Below, in pieces: positions 46,001 to 57,158 of a stretch of 64,000 nucleotides of DNA. The notes below the pieces were generated by a model. It made no database searches, was not told the DNA's origin, and was given only the letters and a program-made list of their open reading frames with translations. Every line of letters begins with the position of its first letter. Position 1 is the stretch's first letter. The translations under genes were made by a program, and so were the position numbers. Source of the stretch: an uncultured delta proteobacterium (GTDB taxonomy: Bacteria > Myxococcota_A > Polyangia > Polyangiales > B10-G4); the NCBI GenBank assembly GCA_963727445.1, contig CAVSGI010000004.1, positions 96,001 to 160,000 of the forward strand, written 5' to 3'.

Positions 46001-49000
46001 CAGGCGTCGGACAAGGCGGTGTCGCTTCTCGCGGACGCGGCCCTGCTTCCGGTGAGCGCCGAGACCTCCCTCGAGTGGCGCCGGCGGGCGGCGGACATCG
46101 CGACCGAGTCGGGCGACAACGCCCGCGCCATCGTTCTGTACCGCGGCATCCTCGACGAAACGCCGGACGACACGGAGGTGCTCGCGTCGCTCTCCGCCGT
46201 CTGCGAGAAGGAAGACCGCCTCCCGGAGATGATGGCGCTGCTCTCCCACGAGCTGAGCCTCACGGAGGACGCCGAACGGCGCCTTCAGAATCCGCCTCGA
46301 CCTCGCGCGGCTGGTGGGCGAGCTCGAGCGGCGCGGCGGCCGCGTCGAGGCGCTCGAAGCGAACCTCGAGGAGCAGCCCGGCCACGAGCCCTCCATCGAA
46401 GCGATCATCGAGGTGCTCGAAGGCGGCCGGCGTTACGGGCAGCTCGCCGACGTGCTGGCCGATCAGGCCACACGCCTCGAAGCGGACGGCGAGGCCAAGC
46501 GCGCGGCGCGCCTCTGGGCCAAGGTCGCCACCCTGGCCGAGGATCGCCTCGACGACGTCGACCGCGCCCTCGACGCGCATCGCAAGGTGGTCGAGCTCTC
46601 GGCGACCCCGAGGGCCCTCGACGCCCTGGCGCGCCTGCACACCGACCGCGGCCAGCACGCCGCGGCGGCCCAATGGCTCGAGCGACGTCTCAGCGTGGCC
46701 GAGGATCACGAGCGAACCGACGTCGCGGTCTCGTTGGCCGAGGCTCACCTCGGTGCGGGTCAGGTGCCGCGCGCCGTCGCGGTGCTCGAGCAGGCTCTCG
46801 AAGGCGCGCCCGAGCGCTCCGACGTGCGCGACATGCTCGCCGCGCAGTACCGCGCGACGAACGCGACCGAACCCCTCGCCGCGCTCCTCACCACGGCGGG
46901 CGCCTACGTCGACGACGACGAGACCCTGCTCGCCTACGCACGCGAGGCCAGCGATCTCTTCGCCGCCATCGACCAGCCCGACCGCGCCATTCCGGTTCTC
47001 GAGCGCGCCGCAGCGCGCGCCGACAAGGATCGCGACATCCGCACCCGACTCGCCGAGGGCCTGCTTCGCGCCGAGCGCTACGACGAGGCGGCGGACATCC
47101 TCGATGAGGTCGTCAAGAGCTACGGCCGGCGGCGCAACGCCGATCGCGCCGGCACCCATCATCAGCTCGCGCGCGTGCACAAGGCGCGCGGCGACATGGA
47201 CGCGGCCCTCGAGCAGCTCGAGCTCGCGTCCAAGATGGACGTCTCCAACCCGGTCATCCTCCGCGCCCTGGGCGAGATGTCCCACGAGGCGGGTGACCTC
47301 GATCGCGCCGAGCGCGCCTATCGGGCACTGCTACTCATCGTGCGCCGCCAGAAGCCGGAAGACCTGGTGGTGGGTGCGAGCGAGGTGCAGTACGAGCTCG
47401 GCCGCATCGCCAAGGCGCGCGACGACGAGGAGACCGCCGAGGAGCTCTTCGAGAGCGCCCTCGAGACGGCGAAGTCGAGCGACATCGAAGCGGAGCGGCT
47501 CGAGGCCACGCTGGTCGCGCAGGGTGAGCACGCGCTCGCCAAGCGTGCCCTCGAAGGGCGGCTTTCGACCGCGAAGGAAGCCGAGTCTCGGGCGCGACTC
47601 CTGGGGCGCCTGGCCGCGCTCCTCGATGCCCACCTCGACGCCTCCGACGACGCGCTCGGGCGTTACCTCGAAGCGCTGGACCTCGCGCCGGCCGACGCCG
47701 AGCTCCACGCGGCGACCCGCGCGCTCGCGCGCCGCATCGATGCATCCGACCAGTACGCCAAGAAGCTCCAGGCCCTCGCCAAGGCGGCCGACGATGTCGC
47801 GATCCAGTCCGACCTCTACTTCCGACTCGGCGAAGTGGTCGAGCAGGATCAGGACAAGGCCAAGCGCGCGAAGAAGCACTTCGCGAAGGTCGAGGAGCTC
47901 GGTCAAAAGGTCAGCGACGCGTGGAGGGCGCTCGCGCGTGTCGCCTCCTCCATCGGCGACACCGACGAAGAGCTCCGTGTGCTGACGCAGCTGGTGGCCG
48001 CCGGCGAAGAAGTCGCGTCTCCGGCCGAGCGCGTCGACGCGATGTTCCGCCTGGCCGAGGTGCAACTCGAGCGCGAGGAGTTCCGCGACGAGGGCGTCGA
48101 AACGATGACTCAGGCCCTCGACTTCGAGCCGCGCAACTCCATCGCCGCCGGTGTCCTCAAGGTCACGAGCGACAGCGCGCCGGAGCACAGCGGCGTGCTT
48201 CGCGTCTACGAGCGCGTGGCGCGCGGGTCGGGCGAGCCCCTCTATCTCCTCGACTTCTTCGAGAAGCGTGCTCGCAAGGAGGACGCGACCCTCGGAGAGG
48301 TGCGCGAAGGCGTCGAGCTCGCGACCGAGCACGAAGAGTCGGAGCGCGCCGAGAAGCTCCTCGAGCGTGCCGCGGAGATCGCGCGGGGGGCCGACGACGG
48401 CCTCGCGGGCGCGCTCTGGGTGCCCACGCAGCTCGCGCAGTTCCGGCGCGCGGCGGGCGACATGACCGGCGCCATCCGCTGGTACAACGAGGCGGCCGAA
48501 GCGGCAGACGAAGAGCGCGCTTACGAGCTGCGCATCGAAGCTGCCACCCTGGCTGCGGCCGACGACTCGAGCCTCGACCTCGCGGCCGAGCAGCTCGAGC
48601 GGTTGCTCGAGCGCGATCCTCAGGACCAGCGGGTGTGGAAGCCGCTCCTCGAGGTGCAGCGCCGGCGTGGCGACGAGGATCGGCTGAACGACATCGTGAT
48701 CGCGACCGTCGACGCGCTCCTCGATCCCTCGCTTCGCAACCAGGCGCGCATGCAGAAGGTCTACTTCCTGCTCGAGCAGGAGGGCCGCGAGCCCGACGCC
48801 GCCGACGCGCTGCGGGCGGTCCTCGAAGAGGAGCCAGAGCACGCGGAGGCCGGTCGCCTCCTCGCCGACCTCTTCGAGAAGACCGGCTACGACGAGGACC
48901 TGGTCGACCTGCTGTCGCGGCAGCTCGACATCGCACGCGACAATCAGGACCTCGACCAGATCCGCGAGCTCTCCCTCCGCCTCGGCGGCATCCTCGAGAA

Positions 49001-50780
49001 GGTGCGTCGTGAAGACGCGATGGACGTCTACCGGCGCGCCCTCGACTGGGTCCCGCAGGATCGCGACATCGCCCAGGCCCTCCTCGCCCAGCTCGGGCCC
49101 GAGGACGACCCCCGCGAGCGCATCGAAGTGCTCGAGAAGCTCCTCGCCACCGAGACCGGGGACGCCGCCGCGAAGCTCTCCATGGAGCTGGCCTCGGAGT
49201 GGGAGCGGCTGGAAGAGCCAGACGGCGTCCAGCGCGCCCTCGAGCTCGGCTACCAGGGCTGCCCGGAGAACGACGAGATCCGCAGTCGCCTCGAGGGCTG
49301 GTACCTCGAGCGCGACCTCACCGAACCGCTGGTCGCCTTCCGGCGTGCCGAAGCGGCGCGCATCGCCGATCCGGTGCAGTCGGTGGCGCTGCTGCGCGAG
49401 GCGGCAGCGACCTACCGCGACACGCTCGGTGATCCGGCGGCGGCGGCGGCGACTCTCGCCGAGGCGCGCGGCTGGGCGCCCGACGACGTGGTGCTGCTCT
49501 CCGAGCTGGTACAGGCGCGGGTGGCGGCGTCGGATTACGAGACCGCGACCGAAGAGGTGGCGGCGGCGATCGACGACGGGCTCGGTGGTCCGGAGTCTCG
49601 GGTCACGCTGCTTCGTCTCCGCGCCTCCCTCAGCCTCGCCACCGGCGATCAGGAGTCGGCCATCGCCGACCTCGAAGAGGCGTACGCCACCGGAGGCGCG
49701 GAGGTCGGTCCGGATCTGGTGGAGGCGCTCCGCGCACGGCGCGAGTCCTGTGCGGGGATCGGCGACGCCGAAGGCGAACGGGGCGCCACCCTGCGCCTGG
49801 TACAGGTGCTGTCGGAGATCGAGCAGACCGACGAGGCGCGAGACATCCTCGCCGACCACGTCAGTCGCGCGCCCGACGACCGGGAAGCGCTCTACATGCT
49901 GCGCGACGTTGACGACGCGGCGGGCCGCTGGCCGCAGCTGGCGGATACCTGCGCGCGTCTGATCGATATCGAGAGCGGCGACGAGCAGATCGACGCGGCG
50001 CTCCGCCTGGCGGACGCCTGGACGCAGGCGGGCGACCCGGGTAACGCGCGCGGCGCCCTCGAACGCGTCGCCGAGGCCCAGCCCGACAACCTGGTGATCC
50101 GCAATCGGCTCCGGGATCTCTACGAGCAGGCCGGTGCACATGGCGAGCTCGGACGTCTGCTGATGGCCGACGTCCAGAACACCGAGGACGAGGAAGAGCG
50201 CTACGAGCTCCTGAGGCGCGCGGGCGACATGTTCGTGCGCGCGGGTGATGGCGACGCGGCGATCGTCCCACTCGAGCAGGCGGCGCAGCTCCGGCCGGAC
50301 GACCACGCGGTGATCATCCTCCTGGTCGACGGCTACATCACGAGCGAGCGCTTCGCCGACGCGGGACAGCTCCTCGAGCAGTCCATCGCCAACCACACGC
50401 GGCGCCGCTCCCCCGAGCTGGCGCAGCTCCAGGCCCGCATGGCGAGGCTGGCCGCGGCCGCCGGCGATCCGAACCTGCAGATGCAGTGGCTCAACGCGGC
50501 GATGGACAGCGACAAGTCGAACGGCGTCATCGCAGCCGAGCTCGCGGAGCTGGCGATGCAGCTCGGAGACCACGACACCGCGCTCAACGCCCTGCGCGTG
50601 GTCACCCTCAACAAGACCGAGGGGCCGATGAGCCGCGCCATGGCCTTCCTCCTGCAGGCCCGCATCGCGCACGAGCGAGGCGAAGCCCGCCGCGCCCTGC
50701 TCTGGGCCCGCAAGGCCAAGAGCGAGGATCCCGAGCTGGCCGAGGCGGAGGAGTTTCTCCGTATGATCGGCGAAGGCTGA
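43040..50780 (+). CDS. Giant TPR-solenoid protein, ~2579 aa (1-nt insertion at 46289-46290)
   Basis: Continuous TPR-like repeats across track ORFs 43040-47107 and 46314-50780. Deleting one A in CAGAATC gives RRLQIRLDLARLVGEL and joins them. AGGAG upstream. Confidence 0.85.
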
Positions 50781-50829
50781 GATGGGCGTCCGCTTCGGGC
50801 CCGAGGCCTCGGACCCCAATCGAACGCTC

Positions 50830-52494
50830 ATGAATGCACGAACCCTGCTCTGCCTGACGCTGGTGACTGCGTCGGGGTGTTCCTTTGTCTTCAGCGATGC
50901 GAAGTACATCGACAACGATGCGGAGATCCCCTTCGACACCGGCGCGGGGGACGCGGACGGCGGTGACGGAGGCGACGCGGGGGACGCGACGATGGACGGG
51001 GACGCGGGCGACGGTGGGACGGGATGCGTCGTCGACCCGTCGCTCTGCACCGAAGGGACGCGCTGCGCGGCCGACGGGCGCTGCGTCGCCTGCGACGCGG
51101 ATGGCGACGGGACCTACGCGCCGGACAGCACCTGCGACGCGATGGCCGGCGATGCTGCCCGCGATTGCGACGACGACGACGGCGACATCTACCCGGGCGC
51201 CCCGCCGGTGTGCGGCGACGGGAAGATCAACGGCTGCGATGCCGGGCCGGAGTCGTTTCGAACGGCGCTGTCGGTCGGGGAGATCGGGGCGCTCGGCGTC
51301 GAGCGCATCACCCCGATGGTCACCGGAGACGACCTGTCGTCGCTGGCGCTCGACGTGACGGCGGACACGGGGGCGGTCGCTCCGGTCGTCGTGATGGCGT
51401 GGGCGACCGAATCGAACGGCGGCCGCTTCCTCGCCGCCGATCCGAACGACCTCAGCCGGCTCAGCGCCTTCGGCATCGGCATCGACACGGTCGCGGTCGA
51501 CCTTCGCTCCATCTCGGACACCGGCGCCGTCATCCGCGCCTTGCGCCAAGGGACGACGGCGGGCGTCGAGCTGACGACCATCGCCTTTTCGGCGACGGAT
51601 CCCACCACGCTCGGCACGCCCGCCGGCTACGCCTTCGATGACGGTCCCTGCGCGAGCGCGGCCGAGGCGGGTGACATCGCGAGCAATCTGGTGGTCGATG
51701 CGACGGGAGCCGCGGTGTGGCTCCTCGGAGGCTCTGCGCGTGGTGTCCACGTCACCGACGCCGACGTCGTCAGCTGCTTCACCATGCCCGCCGGTGCGTA
51801 CCGCCTCGCCGGCACGACGAGCGAGGTGGTGGGTGCCGCCGCTCCGGTGGACGGCAGCTTCCGCGCGATTCGCGCCGCCGACGACGCAGTCGACGCGATC
51901 GCGAGCGGCGCCGGTCCGAGCCGGGTCGAAGCCCCTGGTTTCGCCTTCGTCCGCGCGGCCACCCACGACCTTCATCTCGGCGCCCTCGTGGGTGAGGACG
52001 GACGGACCCGCACCGTGCCCGTCGAGTGCACACCGGGTGGCGCCTGTGCCCCGTCGCCCATGGCGGGCGGTGTCTTCGATGCCGCCACCGGAGTGAGCGA
52101 TACCTACGGTGCCGCCTTGGACGCGCTGACCGGCGACCACCTGGCGCTGGTGCAGATCGAAGAGCGAGGCTCGGCTCCGGCGCCCGACGACCAATCGCAC
52201 GAGGTCGTCCTTCGCCTGCTGAGCTATCCCGCCACGGCGGTGGGCGGAGACGGCGCGAGCGGCCCCGGGGAGTCCCTGCTCCTTCATCGCCACAGCTTCG
52301 CGAGCGCGGACCGCGACCACTCGGAGGTCCGAGAGGTCGAGGTCGCCTCGTTGCGTGACGCGTCGAGCGGGGACCTCTCCCTCTACTGGGCCGCCCGAAT
52401 CGGCGATCGCCGACTCGCGCCCGGCTCCACCGACGACCCATCCGCGGACAACGAGATCCGCTACGGAGGAGTGCGATTTTGCGTGAGCGAATGA
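50830..52494 (+). CDS. Lipoprotein with MopE-type putative metal-binding motif
   Basis: MNARTLLCLTLVTASGC; CDADGDG..DCDDDDGDIYPGAPPVCGDGKINGCD. Confidence 0.75.
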   Translation: MNARTLLCLTLVTASGCSFVFSDAKYIDNDAEIPFDTGAGDADGGDGGDAGDATMDGDAGDGGTGCVVDPSLCTEGTRCAADGRCVACDADGDGTYAPDSTCDAMAGDAARDCDDDDGDIYPGAPPVCGDGKINGCDAGPESFRTALSVGEIGALGVERITPMVTGDDLSSLALDVTADTGAVAPVVVMAWATESNGGRFLAADPNDLSRLSAFGIGIDTVAVDLRSISDTGAVIRALRQGTTAGVELTTIAFSATDPTTLGTPAGYAFDDGPCASAAEAGDIASNLVVDATGAAVWLLGGSARGVHVTDADVVSCFTMPAGAYRLAGTTSEVVGAAAPVDGSFRAIRAADDAVDAIASGAGPSRVEAPGFAFVRAATHDLHLGALVGEDGRTRTVPVECTPGGACAPSPMAGGVFDAATGVSDTYGAALDALTGDHLALVQIEERGSAPAPDDQSHEVVLRLLSYPATAVGGDGASGPGESLLLHRHSFASADRDHSEVREVEVASLRDASSGDLSLYWAARIGDRRLAPGSTDDPSADNEIRYGGVRFCVSE

Positions 52495-53516
52495 CACGAC
52501 TTCTTCTGCTCTTCGGCTGCCTCGCGCTGACGCCGACGGTGGTGTGCGCGCAGGACACGGAGACGGACTCAGACTCCGGAACGGAGACGGAGGCGGGGAC
52601 GGAGCCAGACGTGGACGCGGGTTCGGATTCGGATTCGGGACGCGACGCGGTGCGCGCAGGCGGTGACCCCTCCCTCGCGGAGGCCGGGGATGGCCCAGCG
52701 GCGGATGGGCCTTCGGGGACGGGGGCCGCGGGAACGGGAACGGGAACGGGAACGGGAACGGGAGCGGGAACGGGAGCGGGAACGGGAACGGGAACGGGAA
52801 CGGGAGCGGGAACGGGAACGGGAACGGGAACGGGAACGGGAACGGGAACGGGAACGGGAACGGGAACGTCTGATCCGCGCGCGGAGCGTGCGACGCTTCA
52901 CCTCGAGCTCGCCACCGCGCATTTCGACGCTGGGCGTTACGATCAGGCGCTCCTCGAGCTGCAGACCGTGCGCGAGATCACCGGGCGGGACGACCTGCTC
53001 TACAACATGGCGCGCTGCTACGAGGCGATGGGGCGCATCGACACCGCCATCGCCTACTACAAGCGCTTCCTCCACACGAATCCGGGGGAGGGGGAGGCAC
53101 ACGACGACGCCGTCGAACGCGTCGCCCGCCTCGAAGCGCCGGTGGAAGAGGATGAGGTGGGGGAGCTCCCCGGCGCAGGCACGCTGATCGGCCTCTCCAT
53201 CGGTGGTGTGGGCCTGCTCACCGGTGCGGTCTTCGGGATCCTGACCCTGGTCGAGGACGGTTCGCTGTCCAGCGGATGTGGTGCGACTCACAGCTGCACC
53301 GCCGAAGATCTCGGCGACATCCGCGTCTATCGAAGCGTGGCCGACCTGGCCTTCGCGCTCGCCGCCATCGGGGGCATCGCGGGCACCATCGGCCTCTTTC
53401 TCTGGCTCGGCGAAAAGAATGGCGACGACGAGGATGCGGAGGAGACCCGCGCCACCTTCTCGCCCTGGGTGATCCCGGGACAGGGGGCAGGTGGCACGGC
53501 GACGGTTCGCTTCTAA
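52491..53516 (+). CDS. Secreted TPR protein with (Gly-Thr)n linker and C-terminal membrane/beta segment
   Basis: Signal peptide VCA/Q; GT repeat; [29 protein letters not shown]; two hydrophobic helices; ends ATVRF. Confidence 0.8.
   Translation: MTRLLLLFGCLALTPTVVCAQDTETDSDSGTETEAGTEPDVDAGSDSDSGRDAVRAGGDPSLAEAGDGPAADGPSGTGAAGTGTGTGTGTGAGTGAGTGTGTGTGAGTGTGTGTGTGTGTGTGTGTSDPRAERATLHLELATAHFDAGRYDQALLELQTVREITGRDDLLYNMARCYEAMGRIDTAIAYYKRFLHTNPGEGEAHDDAVERVARLEAPVEEDEVGELPGAGTLIGLSIGGVGLLTGAVFGILTLVEDGSLSSGCGATHSCTAEDLGDIRVYRSVADLAFALAAIGGIAGTIGLFLWLGEKNGDDEDAEETRATFSPWVIPGQGAGGTATVRF
52731..52868 (+). repeat. Hexanucleotide tandem repeat (GGAACG/GGAGCG) x23
   Basis: 138 bp: 20 GGAACG + 3 GGAGCG units, in frame (Gly-Thr/Gly-Ala). 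Confidence 0.95.
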
Positions 53517-53585
53517 ACGAACGACCACGACTCTGGAACGTTCCTCGCTCGCAATCCGCCGTCCCACAATCGTGGTCGTTCATTT
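53515..53585. repeat. Long imperfect inverted repeat (hairpin) between the TPR gene and glpK
   Basis: GAACGACCACGA (53519-53530) / TCGTGGTCGTTC (53570-53581) perfect, extendable to 15/16, plus inner TGGAACG/CGTCCCA. Confidence 0.75.
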
Positions 53586-53594
53586 CGGGCGCTC

Positions 53595-53623
53595 TTTACA
53601 GCGGTGGGGGGGAGCCCTACCTT
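53595..53623 (+). promoter_or_regulatory. Putative sigma70 promoter of glpK
   Basis: TTTACA-17 nt-TACCTT, 11 nt before ATG 53635. Confidence 0.6.
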
Positions 53624-53634
53624 TTAGGTCTTAC

Positions 53635-55131
53635 ATGTCGGGCAACATCTTGGCGATCGACCAGGGAACCACCGGGTCGACAGTGGTCGTGCTGTCTTCT
53701 GAGGGCAAAGTCCTCGGCAAGGCCAATCACGAATTCGAGCAGCACTACCCCAAACCCGGTTGGGTCGAGCACGACCTCGGGGACATCTGGACGAGCGTCG
53801 CCAAGGCGCGCGCCGATGCGCTCGAAGCGTCGGGGATCGATCCGAAGAGCATCGGCGCGATCGGCATCACCAACCAGCGCGAGACCACCGTGCTCTGGGA
53901 TCGGAGGACGGGTGAAGCCGTGGGTCGCGCCATCGTCTGGCAAGACCGACGCACCGCCGACCGCTGCAAGGAGCTGAAGGACGCGGGACTCGAAGAGACG
54001 TTCCGCGCGCGCACCGGGCTCGTCCTCGACCCCTACTTCGCGGGTACGAAGCTGGAGTGGATGCTCCGGAGCGACGACGGCCTGATGGCGCGCGCAAGAG
54101 CGGGCGACCTCGCCTTCGGCACGATCGACTCCTGGCTCGTCGCGCGTCTCTCGGGCGGCGAGCGTCACGTCACCGACGTCACCAACGCTTCGCGCACGCT
54201 CCTCTACGACATCCACCGCGGCGCGTGGGACGAGGAGCTCTGCGAGCATCTGCACGTCCCCTCGGCCGTTCTGCCGGAGGTGTGCAGCTCCTCCGAGGTC
54301 TACGCGAAGACCAGGAGCGTTCCGGGGCTCCCCGACGGCATTCCCGTCGCGGGCATCGCCGGCGATCAGCAAGCGGCGCTCTTCGGGCAGACATGCTTCC
54401 AGAAGGGCGAGGCCAAGAGCACCTACGGCACGGGCGCCTTCATCCTGATGAACACCGGCACCGAGGCGGTGAAGAGCGACTCGGGTCTGCTCACCACCAT
54501 CGCCTGGCGCATCGGCGACGAGACGGTCTATGCGCTCGAGGGCAGCGCCTTCATCGCGGGCGCCGCGGTGCAGTGGCTGCGCGACGGGCTCCAGATCATA
54601 GGCTCGGCGCCCGACGTCGAAGCGCTCGCGCGACAGGTGCCGGACACCGGCGGCGTGGTCTTCGTGCCCGCGCTGACCGGCCTCGGCGCACCCCACTGGG
54701 ATCCCAACGCCCGCGGCCTGATCTGCGGCCTGACCCGCGGCACCACACGGGCCCACCTCGCGCGCGCCACGCTCGAGGGCATCGCTTTCCAAATCGCCGA
54801 CCTGAGCGGCGCGATGGAGAAGGATTCGAATACGCCCCTGCGACGTCTGCGCGTCGACGGAGGCGCGTCGATGAATGCGCTCTTGATGGAGTTCCAAGCG
54901 GGGTTACTTGGCGTCCCGGTGGATCGCCCGAAGGTGATCGAGACCACCGCCCTCGGCGCGGCCTATCTGGCCGGTCTCGCGGTCGGAATATTCCCCGACC
55001 TCTCGGCGGTCATCGACGCACATCAGGTGGACCAGACCTTCGAACCGGACATGAAAGAGAGCGAGCGCGACGAACACGTCGCGCGGTGGCGTGAAGCGGT
55101 GGAGCGGGCTCGCTCCCGGGATTTGTCATGA
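53635..55131 (+). CDS. glpK: Glycerol kinase
   Basis: [74 protein letters not shown]. Confidence 0.97.
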   Translation: MSGNILAIDQGTTGSTVVVLSSEGKVLGKANHEFEQHYPKPGWVEHDLGDIWTSVAKARADALEASGIDPKSIGAIGITNQRETTVLWDRRTGEAVGRAIVWQDRRTADRCKELKDAGLEETFRARTGLVLDPYFAGTKLEWMLRSDDGLMARARAGDLAFGTIDSWLVARLSGGERHVTDVTNASRTLLYDIHRGAWDEELCEHLHVPSAVLPEVCSSSEVYAKTRSVPGLPDGIPVAGIAGDQQAALFGQTCFQKGEAKSTYGTGAFILMNTGTEAVKSDSGLLTTIAWRIGDETVYALEGSAFIAGAAVQWLRDGLQIIGSAPDVEALARQVPDTGGVVFVPALTGLGAPHWDPNARGLICGLTRGTTRAHLARATLEGIAFQIADLSGAMEKDSNTPLRRLRVDGGASMNALLMEFQAGLLGVPVDRPKVIETTALGAAYLAGLAVGIFPDLSAVIDAHQVDQTFEPDMKESERDEHVARWREAVERARSRDLS

Positions 55132-55919
55132 GCAAGAGCAGCGAAAAAGGAACGATCCGCGAGGTGCCCGTGGCTTGGGAGGCGCTCGAGGACGCATTCG
55201 AGAACAACGCGCCCGAGGTGCACAGCTACCTTCATCTCGACACCGGTGAGGTCATTCGCATCGTCGACGGCATCGCCGACCCCGCGATGCACGCCCGCGT
55301 GAGCACCGATGCGCAGTACCTTCGCATCGATCCCGTCTCCTCCCGCGAGCAGTACCGGTGGATGGAGCGCTTCATCGCGTCCGTCGACAACACCGAGATT
55401 CGCAACAAGCTGGTGCGCGCCATCGACGGCAAGGGTGCCTTCCGTCGATTCAAAGACGTGCTGATGAGCTATCCGGTCGATCGCGAGCGTTGGTTCACCT
55501 TCCGCTCCGAGCGACTCAAGGCGTGCATGGAAGCGTGGCTCACCGCCCACGGGATCGACCCCGTGGCGCGACCCTCGTGGCGCGTGCCCTCGGCCGACGA
55601 AGTGAAGGAAAACGTGGAGCAACAGGAAGCGGAGAAGCCCGGACGTCGCTCGCGCGCGGCGATCGCGGAAGCTCAGCGGAAGAAGGCCCACGACGTGGTG
55701 GATCTCCTCCCGGCGCGCGAGCTCGATGCGGCGCTGGCGTTCTTGGAGTTCCTCCGAGAACGCAAGCACACGCCGCGACCCCGCGCGAAGGTGGTGGAGC
55801 CCGGCGCCGAGGAGAGCGCCGGCGGTGATTCCAGCGCTGCCGACGCCGCCGAGGCGAAGGACGACAAGTCCAGGAACGGCAAGAAGAAGGGCGAGGCCAA
55901 AGCGGCCAAGGCCAAGTGA
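55128..55919 (+). CDS. UPF0158-family protein
   Basis: L.DAFE...[34 protein letters not shown]. Confidence 0.85.
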   Translation: MSKSSEKGTIREVPVAWEALEDAFENNAPEVHSYLHLDTGEVIRIVDGIADPAMHARVSTDAQYLRIDPVSSREQYRWMERFIASVDNTEIRNKLVRAIDGKGAFRRFKDVLMSYPVDRERWFTFRSERLKACMEAWLTAHGIDPVARPSWRVPSADEVKENVEQQEAEKPGRRSRAAIAEAQRKKAHDVVDLLPARELDAALAFLEFLRERKHTPRPRAKVVEPGAEESAGGDSSAADAAEAKDDKSRNGKKKGEAKAAKAK

Positions 55920-55983
55920 TCCATCGGGCGCGCACCAGCGCGCTCGCTGGCTCCGCGCCCGCGCCATCGGCTATCTTCGGGGC

Positions 55984-56688
55984 GTGAGGCGTCGTCTCGC
56001 GCTCGTCATGCCGTGCCTGCTCTGCCTCGCAGGGCTCTCGGCGCACGTGCAGGCGGACGCCCCGGTCGTTGCGGGTGGGACGCGCGTCGACGGCATCGCC
56101 GCGCTGATCGGCGGTGCGAGCCCCGGGCCCAACGTCGAGCTCGTGCTGCGATCCGATGTCGACCTGCGGGCGCGCATCGTCCTCAGTGGCCAGCTGGGCA
56201 GGCCGGCCGCGACCGAGCCGGTGCCCGGCGCGCTCAGCGCCGCGACCCTCGAGCAGCTGGTGGGTGAGGCGCTCATCGCGCGCGAAGCCGAGCGGGTCCG
56301 GGTCGAGCCTCCCGACGAGTCCGCGCTCTCCGTGGAACGCGCACGCATCGAACGGGAAGCTGGCGGCGCCACCGTTCTGTCGGAGCTCTTGCGCAGAGTC
56401 GGCGCGAGCCGCCGAGAGGTGGACGAGATCGCGCGGCGACGCGCGTTGGTCACCGCGTTCCTGCAGGTCAATCTCGAAGGGACCGCGGTGGTGACCGACG
56501 CGGAGATCGAGCGCATCTACGAGAGCGGGGAGCATCCCTTCGAGGGGCAGCCCCTGGAGGAGGTCGAGGGGCAGCTTCGCGCACTCCTCGCGCGCCAGGC
56601 GGTGGACCGGGCCGTGCGGCGCTGGGTCTCGGTGCTGCGCGCCCGCACGGATGTCGTCGTGCTCAGCGATTACGAGGGCCAGCGCTGA
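55984..56688 (+). CDS. SurA N-terminal-like periplasmic protein
   Basis: Signal peptide; VDGIAALIG, LEQLVGEALIAREA, VTDAEIERIY, W...LRARTDVVVL; no PPIase domain visible. Confidence 0.65.
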   Translation: MRRRLALVMPCLLCLAGLSAHVQADAPVVAGGTRVDGIAALIGGASPGPNVELVLRSDVDLRARIVLSGQLGRPAATEPVPGALSAATLEQLVGEALIAREAERVRVEPPDESALSVERARIEREAGGATVLSELLRRVGASRREVDEIARRRALVTAFLQVNLEGTAVVTDAEIERIYESGEHPFEGQPLEEVEGQLRALLARQAVDRAVRRWVSVLRARTDVVVLSDYEGQR

Positions 56689-56982
56689 TCAGGGCTGGCT
56701 CATCAGAACGGCGACCACCAGCGACCCCGCGAGCGCCACAAGCACGCCCGCCGTCACGCCGAGGATCTTGAAGCCGCGCTGATGGCCGAGGCGGTCTGCG
56801 ACCCACATCCCACCGAAGCAGCCGGCGATGAAGAGGCCGAAGGTGGTGGGGACCACCGGCCAGTCCGGGCCCACCGCCAGGAAGAGCCCGTAGTTGGCGA
56901 GCAGGCCGAGAGAGCCGCCGGCGAGCCACCCGAAGACGGTGGTCGCGCGGCGCCGGCCCTCGTTCACGCTCTTTTCGGCCAC
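56689..56982 (-). CDS. Small three-TM membrane protein
   Basis: Three hydrophobic Gly-rich segments; GTG 56982 chosen as start. Confidence 0.6.
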   Translation of the reverse strand: MAEKSVNEGRRRATTVFGWLAGGSLGLLANYGLFLAVGPDWPVVPTTFGLFIAGCFGGMWVADRLGHQRGFKILGVTAGVLVALAGSLVVAVLMSQP

Positions 56983-57158
56983 GGCTGCTCTAGAGCCGAT
57001 CCTGGGACCTCGCGCAAGGCGATTTCCTTCGAGGCGCACCCTCGACCCCGGTGAGGTTCTGGCCCAAGCTCGGCCCTGTTTTTTGCGTCAGAGAAGGAGG
57101 CTGGGGCCCTTGGGCTCCCGCCGACCGAGTGTGCTACGTTCCCGGCCCCGAGGTTCCA

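Noticed and set aside
44039..51050. Long antisense ORFs (789 aa, 1239 aa), and similar ones at 22353-25058, 28089-30671 and 33979-36531
   Set aside because: They mirror real genes on the opposite strand; stop codons are scarce at high GC and no motifs are recognisable.
52731..52868. CRISPR array, or poly-RE / poly-RS proteins in other frames
   Set aside because: No spacers and no cas genes; it is an in-frame hexamer repeat and the other frames are shadows.
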